From contig NC_081366.1 in assembly GCF_030684315.1 (NCBI RefSeq), positions 38,230,078-38,294,077 on the forward strand: a stretch of 64,000 bases of DNA, written 5' to 3'. Positions within the stretch are counted from its first letter, which is position 1; the number at the start of each line of letters is the position of its first letter. Source of the stretch: Stegostoma tigrinum (Eukaryota). The notes under the pieces are model-generated. The model made no database searches, was not told where the DNA came from, and was given only the letters and a program-made list of their open reading frames with translations. A program made the translations under genes and the position numbers. Positions 24,254 to 36,625 of the stretch are shown here, one piece after another.

Positions 24254-26580
24254 TAATCAGTGATAATGGGAACTGCAGATGCTGGAGAATCCAAGACAAC
24301 AAAATGTGAGGCTGGATGAACACAGCAGGCCCAGCAGCATCTCAGGAGCACAAAAGCTGATGTTTCGGGCCTAGACCCTTCATCAGAGAGGGGGATGGGG
24401 TGAGGGTTCTGGAATAAATAGGGAGAGAGGGGGAGGCGGACCGAAGATGGAGAGAAAAGAAGATAGGTGGAGAGGAGAGTATAGGTGGGGAGGTAGAGAG
24501 GGGATAGGTCAGTCCAGGGAAGATGAACAGGTCAAGGAGGTGGGATGAGGTTAGTAGGTAGGAGATGGAGGTGCGGCTTGGGGTGGGACGAAGGGATGGG
24601 TGAGAGGAAGAACAGGTTAGGGAGGCAGAGACAGGTTGAACTGGTTTTGGGATGCAGTGGGTGGAGGGGACGAGCTGGGCTGGTTGTGTGGTGCAGTGGG
24701 GGGAGGGGACGAACTGGGCTGGTTTTGGGATGCGTTGGGGGAAGGGGAGATTTTGAAGCTGGGTAAGCCAACATTGATACCATTGGGCTGCAGGGTTCCC
24801 AAGTGGAATATGAGTTGCTGTTCCTGCAACCTTCGGGTGGCATCATTGTGGCACTGCAGGAGGCCCATGATGGACATGTTATCTAAAGAATGGGAGGGGG
24901 AGTGGAAATGGTTTGCGACTGGGAGGTGCAGTTGTTTATTGCGAACCGAGCGGAGGTGTTCTGCAAAGCGGTCCCCAAGCCTCTGCTTGGTTTCCCCACT
25001 GTAGAGGAAGCCACACCGGGTTCAATGAATGCAGTATATCACATTGGCAGATGTGCAGGTGAACCTCTGCTTAATATGGAAAGTCATCTTGGGGCCTGGG
25101 ATAGGGGTGAGGGAGGAGGTGTGGGGGCAAGTGTAGCATTTCCTGCGGTTGCAGGGGAAGGTGCCCGGTGTGGTGGGGTTGGAGGGCAGTGTGGAGCGAA
25201 CAAGGGAGTCACGGAGAGAGTGGTCTCTCTGGAAAGCAGACAAGGGTGGGGATGGAAAAATGTCTTGGGTGGTGGGGTCGGATTCTAGATGGCGGAAGTG
25301 TCAGAGGATGATGCGTTGTATCCGGAGGTTGGTGGGGTGGTGTGTGAGAACGAGGGGGATCCTCTTTGGGCGTTTGTGGCGGGGGCGGGGTGTGAGGGAT
25401 GTGTTGCGGGAAATGTGGGAGACGCGATCAAGGGTGTTCTCGACCACTGTGGGGGGAAAGTTGCGGTCCTTGAAGAACTTGGACATCTGGGATGTGCGGG
25501 AGTGGAATGCCTCATCGTGGGAGCAGATGCGGCAGAGGTGGAGGAATTGGGAATAGGGGATGGAATTTTTGCAGGAGGGTGGGTGGGAGGAGGTGTATTC
25601 TAGGCAGCTGTGGGAGTCGGTGGGCTTGAAATGGACATTAGTTACAAGCTGGTTGCCTGAGATGGAGACTGAGAGATCCAGGAAGGTGAGGGATGTGCTG
25701 GAGATGGCCCAGGTGAACTGAAGGTTAGGGTGGAAGGTGTTGGTGAAGTGGATGAACTGTTCGAGCTCCTCTGGGGAGCAAGAGGCGGCGCCGATACAGT
25801 CATCAATGCAACGGAGGAAGAGGTGGGGTTTGGGGCCTGTGTAGGTGCAGAAGAGGGACTGTTCCACGTAACCTACAAAGAGGCAGGCATAGCTGGGTCC
25901 CATGCGGGTGCCCATGGCCACCTCCTTTGTCTGTAGGAAGTGGGAGGAATCGAAAGAGAAGTTGTTGAGGGTGAGGACGAGTTCGGCTAGGCGGATGAGG
26001 GTGTCGGTGGAGGGGGACTGGTTGGGCCTGCGGGACATTAAGAAGCAGAGGGCCTTGAGGCCATCTGCATGCGGAATACAGGTGTTTAGGGACTTGACGT
26101 CCATGGTGAAAATGAGGTGTTGGGGGCCAGGAAATTGGAAGTCCTGGAGGAGGTGGAGGGCGTGGGTGGTGTCACGGATGTAGGTAGGGAGTTCCTGGAC
26201 CAAAGGGGAGAAAATGGAGTCCAGATAGGTGGAGATGAGTTCGGTGGGGCAGGAGCAGGCTGAGACGATGGGTCGACCAGGGCAGGCAAGTTTGTGGATT
26301 TTGGGAAGGAGATAGAAACGGGCCGTGCGGGGTTGGGGAACAATGAGGTTGGAGGCTGTGGGTGGGAGGTCCCCTGAGGTGATGAGGTCATGAATGGTGT
26401 TGGAGATGATGGTTTGGTGCTCGGGTGTGGGGTCATGATCGAGGGGGCGGTAGGAGGTGGTGTCGGAGAGTTGGCGTTTGGCCTCGGCGATGTAGAGGTC
26501 AGTGCGCCATACTACCACTGCGCCACCCTTGTCTGCGGGTTTGATGGTGAGGTTGGGGTTGGAGCGGAGGGAGCGGAGGG
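24254..26580 (-). mobile_element. Penelope-like element family A, 5'-truncated, non-inverted, inactivated
   Basis: ORF 25301-26518 plus downstream fragments; YIDD changed to CIDD and in-frame stops; includes the upstream IKPADKGG motif; TSD ctgtttact at 24245-24253 and 26581-26589; hammerhead variant at 24359-24386. Confidence 0.95.
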
Positions 26581-27690
26581 CTGTTTACTGCCTGTTTTAC
26601 ACTAGGCACTAGTTTGGGAAAGGGTTCAAAATTCATAGGGAAGAAATGTTGGATAGACTATTGGTTCCTAAAGTGACAAAGCTCTGAGACCAGATAAAAT
26701 GCATCGAAGGAAATGAGAAAGAGGTAAGAGAGGGAATTGTGTGGACACTGACCATTTCTTTCAGTCTTCCCTTGGCTCAGGAATGACAAGACTGGAGAAT
26801 TGCACAATTCACATCCTTGTGCAAATAGGATTGTAAAGATAAGCCCAGCAAATAGACCAGTCTGCTGGCGTTTTTAAAAAAGGCTTGCATTTATATTGCG
26901 CCTTTTACAAACAACATCTATTTAAAAAGGGCTTTACAGTGAATTAAGTTTTGTATTGCCATGTAGTCACTGTATTGGAGAGGCACAGAGAGTAGCATCC
27001 CTACCTCAGAGGCCCTGGGTTCAAAGCCCACTTCAGGACTTGATGGCCACAGAACCTGCATTCATAACATAGACGAAACGTTTGAATATTAACTTGTATC
27101 TCCTACTAATAGACCGTGGTAAAAGCAGGGCAGATTTCTGATCAGATCAGCCATGTGATTGCTAGAAGTTGAAACCTCTGTCATAGTTCCAGACCATAAC
27201 ATACGTGTAAAAGTATATCTTGTCAGAGCAACTCAAACCCCATGGGGTCTGGTTGGCTCAGTCGGTTGTTGTAAATCAAACTGGAGTGAATAGAATGGGT
27301 TTGATGCCCATTCCAACTGGGGTGAACACAGGACCTGCCCCCTGTGGTGAAAATTGTGGCAGTGTTGGTCAGACCTTCCTTCAGTCAGAGAACTTGAGAA
27401 GACTCACTGTTTTGGTGCACATCCACTATAAAAAGACAGTGGGATATTACGACAGCAAAGTCACCACTGTCTGTTTTACATCCAATGCAAAAGTTAAAAA
27501 TCCACCCCAAGTTAAACTGTACTTCTTTCAAAGCCAGACATATGTGAAATTAACTACGACATGGCATTAGATATCAAAGCTCATTCTGAAGTTAAATATA
27601 AAATGCTGTACTGGTTCCTGATCCAGAGTCCAAGGAGACAGGTGTCTGATGGAGAAATGACAGGACAAGGAGGCTGACAAGCATGAGAAG

Positions 27691-29033
27691 CAGAGATAAT
27701 GGGAACTGCAGATGCTGGAGAATCCAAGATAACAAGGTGTGAAGCTGGATGAACACAGCAGGCCAAGCAGCATCTCAGGAGTACAAAAGTTGACGTTTCA
27801 GGCCTAGACCCTTCATCAGAAAAGGGGGATGGGGAGAGGGCTCTGAAATAAATAGGGAGAGAGGGGGAGGCGGACCAAAGATGGATAGAGGAGAAGATAG
27901 GTGGAGAGGAGAGTATAGGTGGAGAGCTGGGGAGGGGATAGGTCAGTCCGGGGAGGACAGACAGGTCAAGGAGGTGGGATGAGGTTGGTAGCTGGGAAAT
28001 GGAGGTGCAGCTTGAGGTGGGAGGAGGGGATAGATGAGAGACAGATCGGGTTAGGGAGGCGGGGATGAACTGGGCTGGTTTTGTGATGCAGTGGGGGAGG
28101 GGATGAACTGGGCTGGTTTTGGGATGCGGTGGGGGAAGGGGAGATTTTGAAGCTGGTGAAGTCCACATTGATACCATTGGGCTGCAGGGTTCCCAAGCGG
28201 AATATGAGTTGCTGTTCCTGCAACCTTTGTTGGCATCATTGTGGCACTGCAGGAAGCCCACGATGGACATGTCGAATAAGGAATGGGAGGGGGAGTTAAA
28301 ATGGTTCACGACTGGGAGGTGCAGTTGTTTATTGCGAACCGAGCAGAGGTGTTCTGCGAAGCGGTCCCCAAGCCTCAGATCAACCAAGTGGAGGCTTGCA
28401 GACCGCTTTGCAGAACACCTCTGCTCGGTTTGCAATAAACAGCTGCACCTCCCAGTCGCGAACCATTTTAACTCCCCCTCCCATTCCTTAGACAACATGT
28501 CCATCATGGGCCTCCTGCAGTGCCACAATGATGCCACCAAAGGTTGCAGGAACAGCAACTCATATTCTGCTTGGGAAACCTGCAGCCCAATGGTATCAAT
28601 GTGGACTTCACAGGCTTCAAAATCCCCCACACCCCCACTGCATCCCAAAACCAGCCCAGCTCGTCCCCTCCCCCCACTGCATCACGAAACCAGCCCAGCT
28701 CATCCCCACCTCCCTAACCTGTTCTTCCTCTCACCTATCCCCTCCTCCCATCTCAAGCTGCACCTCCATTTCCCAGCTACCAACCTCATCCCGCCTCCTT
28801 GACCTGTCCGTCCTCCCCGGACTGACCTATCCCCTCCCCACCTATACTCTCCTCTCCACCTATCTTCTCCTCTATCCATCTTCGGTCCGTCGGCCCCTCT
28901 CTCCCTATTTATTTTAGAACCCTCTCCCCATCCCCCTCTCTGATGAAGGGTCTAGGCCCGAAACGTCAGCTTTTGAGCACCTGAGATGCCGCTTGGCCTG
29001 CTGTGTTCATCCAGCTTCACACTTTGTTATCTT
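27691..29033. mobile_element. inverted pair of PLE family A 3' fragments (minus arm to 28376, plus arm from 28382)
   Basis: TSD agcatgagaagcag at 27680-27693 and 29034-29047; hammerhead motifs at 27792-27819 (-) and 28940-28967 (+). Confidence 0.93.
28940..28967 (+). ncRNA. minimal hammerhead ribozyme motif (PLE family A)
   Basis: CTGATGAAGGGTCTAGGCCCGAAACGTC, identical to 5150-5177. Confidence 0.7.
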
Positions 29034-30164
29034 AGCATGAGAAGCAGTTTAGGTCACGACAGATAAATCATAATCAGTCAAATTTGGATAATCTGAAGCT
29101 CCAGGTGTAGCAAAGTTGTCAGCTATTCCCACTGGCAGAATAGGAAATACAGGATGTCTGAGACAAGCTAAGGTTTCAGACTGTTAACTCTGGATTTGCT
29201 AAACTCGTGCATTGTTGTCATATGATCTCACTCACCAATCTGCGAAGAGTTACATCACATCAGAGTGCAAAATCATGGACAGGGATGCAATAATTGCTGT
29301 AAAAGGATCCCATGCACATTCTCAATGCATATTCTCTGAAATGCATTTTTAACCTTGATCAAACCAGACTGTTTTAGTGTGATTTTGCAAATTGTTTTTT
29401 ATTGTTTAATGTACAAATATGTATTGGTGGAAAGCGAAGCAAGGAATGTCATGCTGCTATGGCCTACACCAACATTAATGCTACCCGAAAGCTACCACAG
29501 CCAGTGTCAGGCAAGTCCAAAAGGTTACGTTGCTTTGTGAATGTTAAGATACAACCAGTGTAGTATAAGACTGACAAAACCATTTGGATAACCTCCAGCA
29601 TTTTGGAAATGTGGTCTGGAAATTGGGCAAAATATAACAACAGAAGTAAAGGAAGCATCTGATGATGATCCTGAAGAGTCCAATAAATACACACGTGGTC
29701 AACAGCCTGTTTCCCTGGCTACAGATGGTAACACCTATGAGATAATCCAGGATTTCGCACCATAGCACAGAAACACAGAAAACATGCTTGACTCGATGGC
29801 AGACTCACCACAAGAGAATAAGCTAAGTAGAAAAAGGGCATTGAAATTTTTTCCAGACTTTAACACAGCATTTTTCAATGTCTTTTACTGCATAGGGTGA
29901 GGTCACAGTAAGGCAAGTAAAAATAAAGGCATTTTTCCACATACTTGCTGCATTACCAAGTTCTCATTTTTATTAAGCATAGAGCACAACTGTAGGTAAA
30001 TAAGGTTACACGAAGGCTTTCTCAGCTATCTCGAAGCTCCAATTAACCCAAATTTGCGGGCAGGATCCCTGTAATCATAATTTTACTTCTTGTAAAGAAG
30101 TAGTGACAGTGCCTTAATGGATGTTTTGGAGAAAGCCAGGAGAGGCAGAAGTGATAGTCATGTC

Positions 30165-31545
30165 CTTAGAACCATAAAATCGTACAGTTCAGGAGAAGTC
30201 CTTCAGTCCAGTGTCTGCACCAGCAAAACCTCCTCTAAATCTACACTAGTCTCTCCTTCCAGCAGTTGGCTCATAGACTTCATGACATTTCAAGTGCTCT
30301 TTTACGTACTTTTCAATTGTAGTGAAATTTTCCACCTCAAATACTCTCCCGGCCAGTACTTTCAGATTCCCACAATGCCCTGGATGAAAAAATGTTCCCT
30401 TAAATCCTGACTAAACCTCCAGACTTTCACCTTAAAATTATTCCCCCTCATATTGACACTTCATTTAATGGAAGCAACTGCTTCCTTTTCACCGTGTCTA
30501 TGCCCCTCATAATCTTGTGCACCTCAATCATGCTCCCCCTTCAGAAAACAACAGAAGCTCCAGCTTCTCTTTGTAGCTGAACTGCTCCACCACATGCAAT
30601 ATCCTGGAGAATCTCCTCTGCATCCCCTCAAGTGTAATCATATCCTTGCTGTACTGTCGTGACCAGGTCTTCATACAGTATTCAAGCTATGGCCTGTTCA
30701 AAGTTTTAGATTAGATTAGATTACCTACAGTTTAGAAACAGGCCCTTTGGCCCAACAAGTCCACACTGCCCCTTGAAGAATCCCACCCCCCTATAACCCA
30801 CACGCCCCTGAACACTATGGGCAATTTAGCATGGCCAATCCACCTAGCCCGCACATCTTTGGACTGTGGGAGGAAACCGGAGCTTCCGGAGGAAACCCAC
30901 GCAGACACAGGGAGAATGTGCAAACTCCACACGGACAGTGTGTGGACGGCCCAAGGCTGGAATTGAACCCGGGTCCTGGCGCTGTGAGGCTGCAGTGCTA
31001 ACCACTGAGCCACCGTGCCGCCCTGAAGTTTTGTACAGGTCCAACTTAAACCTCTCTTCTTTTATAGCCTTTGCTAAGACTGGTAAAGGCAATGGTCTCA
31101 TTTGCCTTCTTCACTGTTCTACTAACCTGTCTTGGCACCTTCAGAGATCTGTGGATAACCATCCCAAGATCCTAATGTTTTACTGAGTTTCCTGCCATCC
31201 TTTTGAGTACATTTTTGTCTTGTTCCTTTCAGTGTCGATTGTCATCTGTCACTAATCTGCCCATCTGATCAATCCATCTATAACCTCTTGTAGCCCAAGA
31301 CCTTCTTCTATCCCTGGCCAATTTTTCATGTCATGCGCAAACTTATTTATCAAACCCCTTCATATTTTCCTCTGCATCTTTTATATATCAAGAACAATAA
31401 GGAATCGAGCACTGATCCGTGATACACTACTGGACACCAGCTTTCAATTACACAAACAGCCTACTACCACCACCCTCTGTCTTCTGCCACTAAGCCAGTA
31501 CTTCCTCACACCCTGTACTAAAATGCTCAACGACTCTATATCCCT
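30165..31545 (-). mobile_element. CR1/HER1-like LINE 3' portion, interrupted by an HE1 SINE
   Basis: Antisense RT remnants (WLSGRRQRVVVVGC; FKLDLYKT) and CR1 3' end. Confidence 0.75.
30706..31023 (-). mobile_element. HE1-type V-SINE, full length
   Basis: Reverse complement: tRNA head with A box TGGCTCAGTGG and B box GGTTCAATTCC, V-domain gtggagtttgcacattctccctgtgtctgcgtgggtttcctccgg, (CTAAT)n tail, short aagtttt duplication at the flanks. Confidence 0.9.
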
Positions 31546-31589
31546 CTTCCTGAATTCTATATCTCCATTGTTCTTCTGTAAAATAAAGA

Positions 31590-32235
31590 CAGAAATGAGA
31601 TGGGTTGTGAAGACAACATTGGGTACACTTGCCTTTATTAGTCCATGCGTTGAGTATAGGAGTTGGGAGGTCATGTTGCAGTTGTACAGGAGATTGGTTA
31701 GGCCACTTTTGGAATACTGCATTCAATTCTGATCTCCCTGCTACAGGAAAGATGTTAAACTCGAAAAGGCGCAGATAAAGATTTACAAGGATGTTACCAG
31801 GGTTGATAGGTTTGATAGGGAGAGGCTGAATAGGCTGATGCTATTTTCCCTGGAGAGTCAGAAGCTGAGGAGTGACCTTTTAGAGCTTTATAAAAATTAT
31901 GAGTCTTGAATAAAGTGGATAGCTAAGGTCTTTTTCCCAAGGTAGGGAAGTCCAAAACAAGAGAACATAGTTTAAGGTGAGAGAGAAAAGATTTAATAGG
32001 GATCTAAGGGGCAAATTTTATACAGATGGTGGTACATGTATGGAAAGAGCTGCCACAGGAAGTGGTGAAGGTGAATATTTAAAAGGCATCTGGTGGGGTA
32101 CATGAATAAGAAGGATTTAAAAGGTTATGGACCAAACGCTGGCAAATGAGACAAGATTAATTTAGGATATCTGACGATCATGGATGAGTTGGACCAGAGG
32201 CTCTGTTTCCATGCTGTGCAACTCTATGACTCTAA
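31590..32235 (+). mobile_element. CR1/HER1-like LINE 3' fragment
   Basis: VEYRSWEVMLQLYRRLVRPLLEYCIQF remnant and 3' end ctgtttccatgctgtgcaactctatgactct. Confidence 0.85.
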
Positions 32236-33399
32236 ATACTTGTTTAACATTCTACCATGTCTTCTGGCTCCATGCACAGATTTCCACTCATGGTCCCTAT
32301 TCTTTCCCTGGTTACCTCTTCCTATTGACATTTTTACATTATATGTTGGGATTCTCCCTAATCTTCCCTTATTCACCCCTAGAACTGCGTCAGAAAAAAA
32401 AAAGTAGTGATGGTGAAATAGAAATTAAAAGATGGCACAGCTGATTGACAAGAAAAAGAAAAAGTGAAAGAGAAATACTCAGGATTGAAAAGAAAAGGAA
32501 GATAGAATAAGATTTGGTTGCAACTGGAAGTCAAGAAAGTCAGACTAGTGTAGATTTAGAGTAGATTTTGTAGGTGCAGACTCATTTGGCTGAAAGCCCT
32601 TTTCTGTCCCCTATGATTCTGTGAAATGTCAGTGAGGAATTGGCAAAACAAGAGGAAATTCAGGTCGCACAGGTACCTAGCAGAGATTAAATGTTGTGAT
32701 ATTGAGTATGTTAGCAGAGGACTAGGAGACTGTGGCATGCAATTTATGTATTTAATCCAAAGTTGTATATTGTTTGGCATTATGGCAAATCTAACTGAGT
32801 AGAGGAAAATGGCATACAAGTCTGTTACTTACAGCTATCACGCACCTGAATTTTCTTAGTTTTATGCTCCTCTAATGCTGCCTGTTCTTGTTTTAGTTTA
32901 TCTTATAATCACTCCCTTCCGTGCTAAAGAACTATATATGCAAATTTTTTGCAATTAATCTGTTTTAACATCATAGTAAAATGAAAGAATTATAGGCACA
33001 TCAGTAAGTAAAGCAAATTTTCGCGTTTGTTGCGACTTTTGAGCAATCATTCCTATCCTCACTATATCTTCAGATACTTTGAAAACATTTAATGCCATCA
33101 GAACAAGTTACATCAAAAATTGATAAATTTCAGGGTAGATATTTTCCGAATCAACCTGTTCAGAGATGTTATGACATAACTCCAGAGCAGGTAAGACTTG
33201 AACCCAGGCCTCAGAGATAGGGAAAGCATCACTGTGCCACGACAGCCCTCTCTTTTGTTTGGTCTGTATCATTGACCTATGCTTAACTAGTTCTGGGACC
33301 CCTGGAAGATGTTTTCCTCTCAGCTGGAATTGATCGTCAGATGACATAGTTGTTGGAGATCCTGCAGAATACCCCTCTCTTGTCTGTAATTTGGGCTAC

Positions 33400-34270
33400 T
33401 TTTGTACAGGGCAGTGGTTTAGCCAACACAGTCCTGAGAATCTGCCCCTTCATTATGCACATTCCAAACAGGGGAAAACATCTTCAAAATATAAATTCTA
33501 TCGAGCCCTCCAAAACAAAGCTATACTTTTCAATAGGATATCTCATTCATCTAAAAGTTCTGAGAATAAACGCATTCCATTCAACATTTGTCCCCTATTG
33601 CAAATACATTCTGCTTCAGTAAAAGAGCCCAGAACTGTTCAAAGTACTCCAGATAGTCCATCAAAACCCAGTCATAATTGCTGAAAAATTTCCTTACTAT
33701 TATCCTGCATGCAGTTGGATTAACATATCATTTGCTTTCCTAACAGCTTGCTGTACCTGTGTTAACTGTTATTTGAATGCAGTAACATGCAAATCTTGTT
33801 GTGTACAAATATTTAACGAGAACTTCACCTGTTTAAAATAGGTATCTAATTTCACATTTCCCCAAATTATACATCTTGTGCAATCACAGAATTGTTACAG
33901 CACAGAAGGGGTCTATTCAGCCCATCACATCTGTACCAGTGCTTTCACTGCCTTCCCCCCGACAAGCCCCAATATCCCTGCACATTATTGCCACAATGAA
34001 GGCCCGTTGAGCCCGCCTCCACATTTCCAGGTCTTAATTACTCATTGTGTGGAGAAGAAATCTTCCCCCTGCCCCCTCACATCACCGTAGCTTTCTTTCT
34101 GCATCATTTTAAATCTATGCACTGTCATTCTTTTGAGGGGGAGCGGCCTTCCTTCAACCTCATCTATTCCATTCAGCCCACGCATGATTTCAAAAATGTT
34201 TATCAAATCTCCTGTCAGCCTTCTTTTGACAAGAAAAAAGCAGTCCAACTTCTTTGATCTATTCTCACCT
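33400..34270 (-). mobile_element. degenerate CR1-like LINE fragments
   Basis: KRRLTGDLINIFEIMRG remnant in ORF 34042-34365. Confidence 0.6.
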
Positions 34271-34714
34271 GAAGGTGCTAATTCCTGCTGAGATCTAACA
34301 AGTGTCTTGTCCAACTTCTTCACCTCCCTGTTCTTATACTCTGTACCCCTATTAATCTTACTCAATCAACATTTCCTAATTTTCTTTATCACCTCCTTAC
34401 AGCTACAAATCACTTTATTGTTTCTCAAACTTGGAGAGGAGTATTCTCATGTGAATAGATCCCTTAAAATTTTATGTAATGAGGCCTGAACACATTTCCT
34501 TGCAACATCTTGTTATATCCTGCCAACCTGAACTGCTACTGCATTTGTCATAGTTTTGCTTTACCTGGCTACTTATGCCCTAAGAAACTAAATTTGTCAA
34601 GTAATTTAGTTTATGGAAGCATTTAGGGCTGTTTAAAAAGTGTCCTTTTGTAAAATCTCTCTTAGACTACATACTTTCCTTACAACTGTTGAGTTGTTCT
34701 GGTACAGCTATAAT

Positions 34715-35965
34715 ATTGACACGAGGATAGATAAATCCCCCGGGCCGAACAGGATATACCCAAGGTTACTACAGGAAGCGAGGAAAGAGATTCCTGTGCC
34801 TTTGGTGATGATCTTTGCATCCTCATTGTTCACTGCAGAAGTACCAGGTGACTGGAGGGTGACACATGTTATTACCTTGTTCACAAAAGAGAATAGGCAT
34901 AATCCTGGGAATTACAGACCAGTCAGTCTTATTTTTATGGTGGGAAAATTATTGGAGAGATTGTATTTATGATTATTTGCAAAAGCATAGATTGATTAGA
35001 AATAGTCAGCATGGCTGTGCAAGGGGGCAGATCACGCCTCACAAACCTTATTGAATTCTGAGGATGTGACAAAACACAGTGAAGGTAGAACAGTGAATGT
35101 GGTGTGTGTGGATTTCAGCTTTCAGCAAGGCATTTGTTAAGGTTCCCCATGGTAAGCTCATTCAGAAAGCTAATAACCTTGCGGCTGTTAAACTCAATTC
35201 TCCTGCTAATGAAAGCCAGCACGCCATACGCCTTCTTAACAACCCTATCAACTTGGGTGGCAACTTTGAGGGATCTACGGACGTGGAGCCCAAGATCTTT
35301 CTGTTCCTCCACACTGCCAAGAGTCCTGCCATGAACCCTGTATTCTGCATTCAAATTCGACCTTCCAAAATGAATCACTTCTCACTTTTCTGTGTTGAAT
35401 TCCATCTGCCACTTCTTTGCCTAGCTCTGCACCTACAACAGCCCTCCACACTACCCACAACTCCAACAACCTTTGTTGGGATTCAGGAAAATTCGGTTGT
35501 TTGGATACAGACTTGGCCGCCTAAAAGAAGACAGAGGGTGGTAGTAGATGGAAAGTATTTAGCCTAGAGCTCGGTGACCAGTAGTTATATGACTTGGAGA
35601 AGGATGGGTTAGTAAGTTTGCCAATGACGCAAAGGTTATTGGAGTGGTTAGCCAGAGACTTTTTGCCCAGGACAGAAATGGCTTTGACAAGGCAGCGTAA
35701 TTTTAAAGGTGATTGGAGGAAGGTATGGGGAGATGTCAGTAGTAGGTTCTTTACACAAAGTGACGGGTGCATGGAATGCACTGCCAGCAGTGATAGTAGA
35801 GTCAGATACATTAAGGACATTTAAGCAACTCTAGGATAGGCACATTGATGATAGTTAAATGTAGGGTATGCAGGTTAGTATTGATGTGAGAGTAGGATAT
35901 TTGGCGCGCAACATTGTGCTAGCCTAAAGGGCCTATACTGTACTGTGCTATACTTTTCTATGTAG
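34715..35965 (+). mobile_element. internally deleted CR1-like LINE with an antisense CR1 fragment inserted at about 35170-35477
   Basis: DKSPGPNRIYPRLLQEAR...GNYRPVSL, FSKAFVKVPH, RRQRVVVDG remnants on +; MIHFGRSN...KDLGLHV on -. Confidence 0.85.
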
Positions 35966-36429
35966 CCATTAAATGTAAAATTTCAAAATCCAGCCAAATA
36001 CTACCTTATTAGGAAACTGGATTATAATGGAAGCGTCAGTGTACTTAGTACTGACTCCTCACCAACGCATTTTAGATTAAGCTCCACACTTCTACAGCTT
36101 GGTCCAGACAAAAATCAGCTGAATTCTCTGACAACTTCCCACTACATCAAAAGAGCCCTGGCAAAATGGAAGTCATTGGCAGTTGGATGGAGCGTGAGTG
36201 ATACCTTTTGTAAAAGTTTTTGTGCTTATTGTTGGAAACAAAGTTAGCTTTCCACAATTAACTTACTGACACCTCGGGAATCAAACCAGCATCTAAGAGG
36301 CACAAATCTAGAATGTGATTAGATAAATTGGTAGGTTCAAGAAATTAGGCAGATTCTGATCTTGCTCATCTCACATCTTAGGATGAAATTAAAAAGCTAA
36401 ACTAATTTGGATGGAATTTGAAGTGAACA

Positions 36430-36625
36430 AAAACAAGAAACACTTTGTAAACTCAGCTGGTCTGGCAGCACCTGTAGAATGTAAGAATGCACTTAGAGTC
36501 CAGTATGTCTTTTCTTCCTAACAATACCAGACTCAAAATATTAACTTTCTCTCTGCATGTCAGACCTGCTGGGGTTTCTCCAGCATTGTTGCAGATTGTC
36601 AGCATCCACAATATTTTGTTTTCAG
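36430..36625. mobile_element. degenerate miniature inverted PLE-tail element (family B)
   Basis: aactcagctggtctggcagca ... cagacctgctggggtttctccagca arms facing outward. Confidence 0.55.

Noticed and set aside
30950-31023. tRNA gene
   Set aside because: A and B boxes belong to the HE1 SINE head and run directly into the V-domain
30165-32235. Tail-out CR1 pair resembling the PLE palindromes
   Set aside because: Arms are dissimilar, probably different subfamilies, and no shared TSD was seen; likely two independent insertions
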